Assembly: GCA_963779415.1 (NCBI GenBank)
Contig: CAVZYA010000001.1
Coordinates: 608,001-672,000 of the forward strand
Reading direction: 5' to 3'
Source: an uncultured Acidobacteriota bacterium
GTDB taxonomy: Bacteria > Acidobacteriota > Thermoanaerobaculia > UBA5066
Length of the DNA: 64,000 bases
Below, one piece after another: positions 61,017 through 64,000 of this stretch. Position numbers and translations under genes: made by a program. Numbering within the stretch: position 1 is the stretch's first letter; each line of letters opens with the position of its first letter. The notes under the pieces were generated by a model. That model was given only the letters and a program-made list of their open reading frames with translations. It was not told the DNA's origin and made no database searches.

Positions 61017-61811
61017 TTAGTGCCCTCCCTGCCCGAACAGAGTCCCCGCGATCCAGCCCGAGACGACCGCGATGAGGACGGTGAAGGCGCCATAGAAGAC
61101 GGGGCGCCGGTCGGCCAGTCTCGAGAGCCAGTCCACGATCCCCGTCTTTCGAAGGAAGAGTTCGTTCGTCTCCATGCCGAGCAGCCGCTCCTCGCCGACG
61201 AAGTACGTCGTGGCGCCGTACAGGCCGTCCGGCGCGGACGCGGGAAGCCGGAAGGAATGGTAGAAGGCGCCTTCGGCGTTCAGCCGGATGGCGTTGGTCC
61301 GGACGCCGTAGAGGCCCCGCTGCGCCTGAAGATCCCAGTAGCCCTTCAGCACGCTCTCCTCCTCCCCGGGCCGAAGGGGCGAGGAAAGGCTCTCGAGACG
61401 CGCCCGAGCGGCCACGTCATCGGGGCCCGTCAGGAGGCCCAGCGGCGCGAGAAGCCGATTGCTGAGTTCGAGGGCGTCGGTATGAGGACAGGGAGCGAAG
61501 CCGTTGCAGACGGGACAACTGACGTTGACGAGGTAGAGCCCCGGCACTCCCGAGAGGCGGTACTGGCGAACGCCGAGCCACAAGAGCGCGACCCGCCCTT
61601 TCTCCATCAGCCGGATCTGCCCGGCCGGAGGACCTTCCATCACCACGATGACGTGGCGGGTCCCGGCCGGAGCCCTCCCGTAAAGGAAGATGTCGCGGCC
61701 CGAGAAGGCGTACGACACGTCGATTCGCCGGACCTCGATCCGGGCGGCGGCGGCCTGCGGGGCCCCCGCGGCCGGTGTCACCGCGAGAGCGACGACGAGG
61801 GCTACGAGCAC
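61017..61811 (-). CDS. TIGR02186-like membrane-anchored protein (usual TSUP neighbour)
   Basis: Signal peptide, IDVSYAFSGRDIFLYG, KGRVALLWL, FRLPASAPDGLY, KTGI..WL...A..RPVFYG, C-terminal TM. Confidence 0.78.
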   Translation of the reverse strand: MLVALVVALAVTPAAGAPQAAAARIEVRRIDVSYAFSGRDIFLYGRAPAGTRHVIVVMEGPPAGQIRLMEKGRVALLWLGVRQYRLSGVPGLYLVNVSCPVCNGFAPCPHTDALELSNRLLAPLGLLTGPDDVAARARLESLSSPLRPGEEESVLKGYWDLQAQRGLYGVRTNAIRLNAEGAFYHSFRLPASAPDGLYGATTYFVGEERLLGMETNELFLRKTGIVDWLSRLADRRPVFYGAFTVLIAVVSGWIAGTLFGQGGH

Positions 61812-61812
61812 G

Positions 61813-63525
61813 TCAGTGTCCTCCCCCCGCCTTGGCGAAATCGATGAGCTGGTCCGGAGGCATGAGGAGCTGGAAGAGGAGCATCGCCATCACGACGAGG
61901 ACGATCAGGGCGAGGAAGACGCGGATCTGCTCCCCCCGGACGCGGCGGCTGGCGGCCGCCCCGAACTGGGCGCCGATGACGCACCCGGCGAAGAGCACCA
62001 CGGCCAGCATCACGTCCACTGTCCGGTTGGTGATGGCCTGCTGGAGGGCGACGTTGGCCGACGTGAGGACGATCTGGAACAGGTCGGTCCCGACCGCCAC
62101 CCGGGTGGGGATGCCGATGATGTAGATCATCGTCGGGAGCATGATGAATCCCCCCCCGACGCCCAGGAACGCGGCGAGCACCCCGACGAGGAAGCCGGCG
62201 GCTATCGGAAGAAGGACGGAGGTCCGGAGCCCCGATTTCGGAAAGTCGAGCTGAAGCGGGAGTCGGGCGAAGAAGACCGTCAAGGCGCCGCGCGTCGGCT
62301 CGCCGGCGGGCGACTTCCTCCGCCAGGCGCGCAACCCTTCGCGGAGCATGGTGAGGCCGATGAATCCGAGGACGAGGACATAGGTCAGCTTCAGGAAGAA
62401 GTCGAAATTGCCTTGGTTGCGGAGGACCTTCACGAGCTGCACGCCGACGAACCCGCCCGTCCATCCTCCGCCAATGATGAACAGCCCCATCTTGAAGTCG
62501 ACGTTGCCGAGGCGGGAGTGGGAGAGGGCTCCCGACGTGGCCCCGGCGGTGATCTGGGCGGCGTTTGTGGCGGCGGCCACGGCGGCCGGAATGCCGATGA
62601 AGATCAGGAGCGGCGTCATCAGGAAGCCGCCTCCCACGCCGAACAGACCCGAGAGGAAGCCGACGAGACCCCCCATCCCGGCGATCAGAAGAGGGTTCAC
62701 GGACGCCCCGGCCACAGGGAAATAGACCCGGAGCCGCCGGAGGAGGCTCCGCGTCTCGGGACGCCCCTCGTGGTGTCGCACCCTCTCGAACATGGCGGGA
62801 GTGACCTGCGGGTGGCAGACGCGGCAGGTCCGCTCGAGCCGGGCCGGGTTCAGCCTCGAACGCGGGTCGCTCGCCGGGAGGATCCCGTGCGATCCGTGAC
62901 ATGACGGACAGGTGGCCACGTCGAGGATGCCGTGGGAGAGGGCGACTCCGTGGACCGTTCCCTCGAACCCCTCCACACAGGCCGACGGAAGCTCCGTGTG
63001 CCGGATCACCGCCGGGTCGTCGTGGCAGCGGGCACACGTCGTCGAGACGCGGGCCGTGGAGGTGGGAGCGGCGTCGTCGTGTACCGGAAGGACCGTGTGG
63101 CTGCCATGGCACGAGACGCACGTGGGCGAGAGCCCGTCACCGGCCTTCGCGCCTCGGGCGTGAGAACTCTCCGAATACGCATCCAGTTCGGCCTTGTGGC
63201 AGCGGCCGCAGGTCGCGGCGACATTTCTCGCGTTGACCGGCGAGGAGGGCTCGTCCGGCGAAAGCCGCGTCCCCGCGCCATGACACTCCCCGCACGCGAG
63301 GGGAGCGTGAACCCCTGCGAGCGGCACCTGCCCGCCGCGAGCAGGAAGATCGGCGAACATTCGACCCGAAGGGAGGAGAAAAAGAGCGACGACACCTACC
63401 AGAGAGACCGCCTGTCGCCGGAAGGACGCCGGCCGGCCCGTGTCGTGATCGCCGGTGCACGGGAGGCGCGCACCTCCCCTACTCCCCCAGCAGCTCCGCA
63501 CGTGACCCAGGAAAGCAAGTACCAC
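61813..63525 (-). CDS. Hexaheme cytochrome c fused to TauE/SafE (TSUP) transporter #3
   Basis: CGECH, CGRCH, CVSCH, CARCH, CPSCH, CRVCH, then in frame VYFPVAG, GLFGVGGGF, GNVDFK, VAVGTDLF. The true start is probably near 63460, downstream of the promoter. Confidence 0.85.
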   Translation of the reverse strand: MVLAFLGHVRSCWGSRGGARLPCTGDHDTGRPASFRRQAVSLVGVVALFLLPSGRMFADLPARGGQVPLAGVHAPLACGECHGAGTRLSPDEPSSPVNARNVAATCGRCHKAELDAYSESSHARGAKAGDGLSPTCVSCHGSHTVLPVHDDAAPTSTARVSTTCARCHDDPAVIRHTELPSACVEGFEGTVHGVALSHGILDVATCPSCHGSHGILPASDPRSRLNPARLERTCRVCHPQVTPAMFERVRHHEGRPETRSLLRRLRVYFPVAGASVNPLLIAGMGGLVGFLSGLFGVGGGFLMTPLLIFIGIPAAVAAATNAAQITAGATSGALSHSRLGNVDFKMGLFIIGGGWTGGFVGVQLVKVLRNQGNFDFFLKLTYVLVLGFIGLTMLREGLRAWRRKSPAGEPTRGALTVFFARLPLQLDFPKSGLRTSVLLPIAAGFLVGVLAAFLGVGGGFIMLPTMIYIIGIPTRVAVGTDLFQIVLTSANVALQQAITNRTVDVMLAVVLFAGCVIGAQFGAAASRRVRGEQIRVFLALIVLVVMAMLLFQLLMPPDQLIDFAKAGGGH

Positions 63526-63530
63526 GCCCG
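63514..63530 (-). promoter_or_regulatory. sigma54 (-24/-12) promoter
   Basis: Minus strand CGGGCGTGGTACTTGCT (GG-N10-GC with TTGCT), followed by a GGGGAGG RBS. Confidence 0.6.
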
Positions 63531-63699
63531 GATCGCTAATGTCCGCAGATACTTGAACTTCCGTCCGAATCGGTGGCCGGAGCCGTTCCGGCTGTTACCG
63601 TCTCTTCCCAGCGGAGGGGGGTGAGCCTTACCCTGGCGGGACGTCCCCCTGCACGCGCCCTCAGCTCCCCTCCGGCCAAGACAACGTGTCGCGCAAGCG

Positions 63700-63999
63700 T
63701 CAGTGTGCGATCGGCGCCAGCACCGGCATGCCCAGGGCTGGCCAGATGACGTAGACGAAGAGCGCCAGGATCAGCATGACGAGCACGCTCGGGATGAGCC
63801 CGTAGAGGAAGAACTCCCCGGACGTGAATTGCTTGCTCTCGTAGGCGATGGCGTTGGGCGCTGCGCCGATGAGCAGGTTGAACGGCATGCCGGCGGTCAC
63901 GAGGCACGAGAAGAGGATCACCGCCGGGGCGACCCCGAGGTAGCGCGCGATGACGAGCGCGACCGGCAGCGCGATGGCGATGGCCGCGACGTTCATGAT
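63700..63999 (-). CDS. SLC13/DASS family permease, C-terminal part (partial)
   Basis: MNVAAIAIALP, AGMPFNLLIGAAPNAIAY, EFFLYG. Confidence 0.85.
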   Translation of the reverse strand: MMNVAAIAIALPVALVIARYLGVAPAVILFSCLVTAGMPFNLLIGAAPNAIAYESKQFTSGEFFLYGLIPSVLVMLILALFVYVIWPALGMPVLAPIAH

Positions 64000-64000
64000 G

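Noticed and set aside
1-64000. CRISPR arrays, tRNA/rRNA, transposases, integrases
   Set aside because: No regularly spaced repeats, RNA gene signatures or mobile-element motifs were seen; intergenic spaces are short.

Overview
GC-rich bacterial chromosomal window. Gene content and codon style suggest Acidobacteriota or a similar anaerobe (inference). Bases 1-41 kb are mostly housekeeping or envelope genes: an RraA-RND-TolC operon, two divergent porins, lhgO and an acyl-CoA ligase, M28 and M16 peptidases, a GGDEF protein, hom, a complete Rrf2-sufBCDSU-sufT operon, a second TolC/MFP/RND set, an SSS symporter, addAB-like genes and a serine hydrolase. Many of these are broken by single-base indels that look like assembly errors. 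Bases 41-64 kb hold the most interesting element, a mostly intact island of two convergent gene blocks, each with a sigma54-type promoter. It encodes a heme-motif sensor kinase, an archaemetzincin, an NtrC activator and a cytidylate-kinase-like/BON protein. It also encodes three TauE/SafE (TSUP) transporters, one fused to a hexaheme cytochrome c and two preceded by paralogous small membrane proteins. The rest comprises a short-chain chromate-transporter pair, an SLC13 permease, an H+-PPase and three PEP-synthase-like paralogs that lack the pyruvate-binding domain, one of which also lacks the whole catalytic core. No rRNA, tRNA, CRISPR array or mobile element was recognised. All family calls come from motif recognition by eye, not from database searches.
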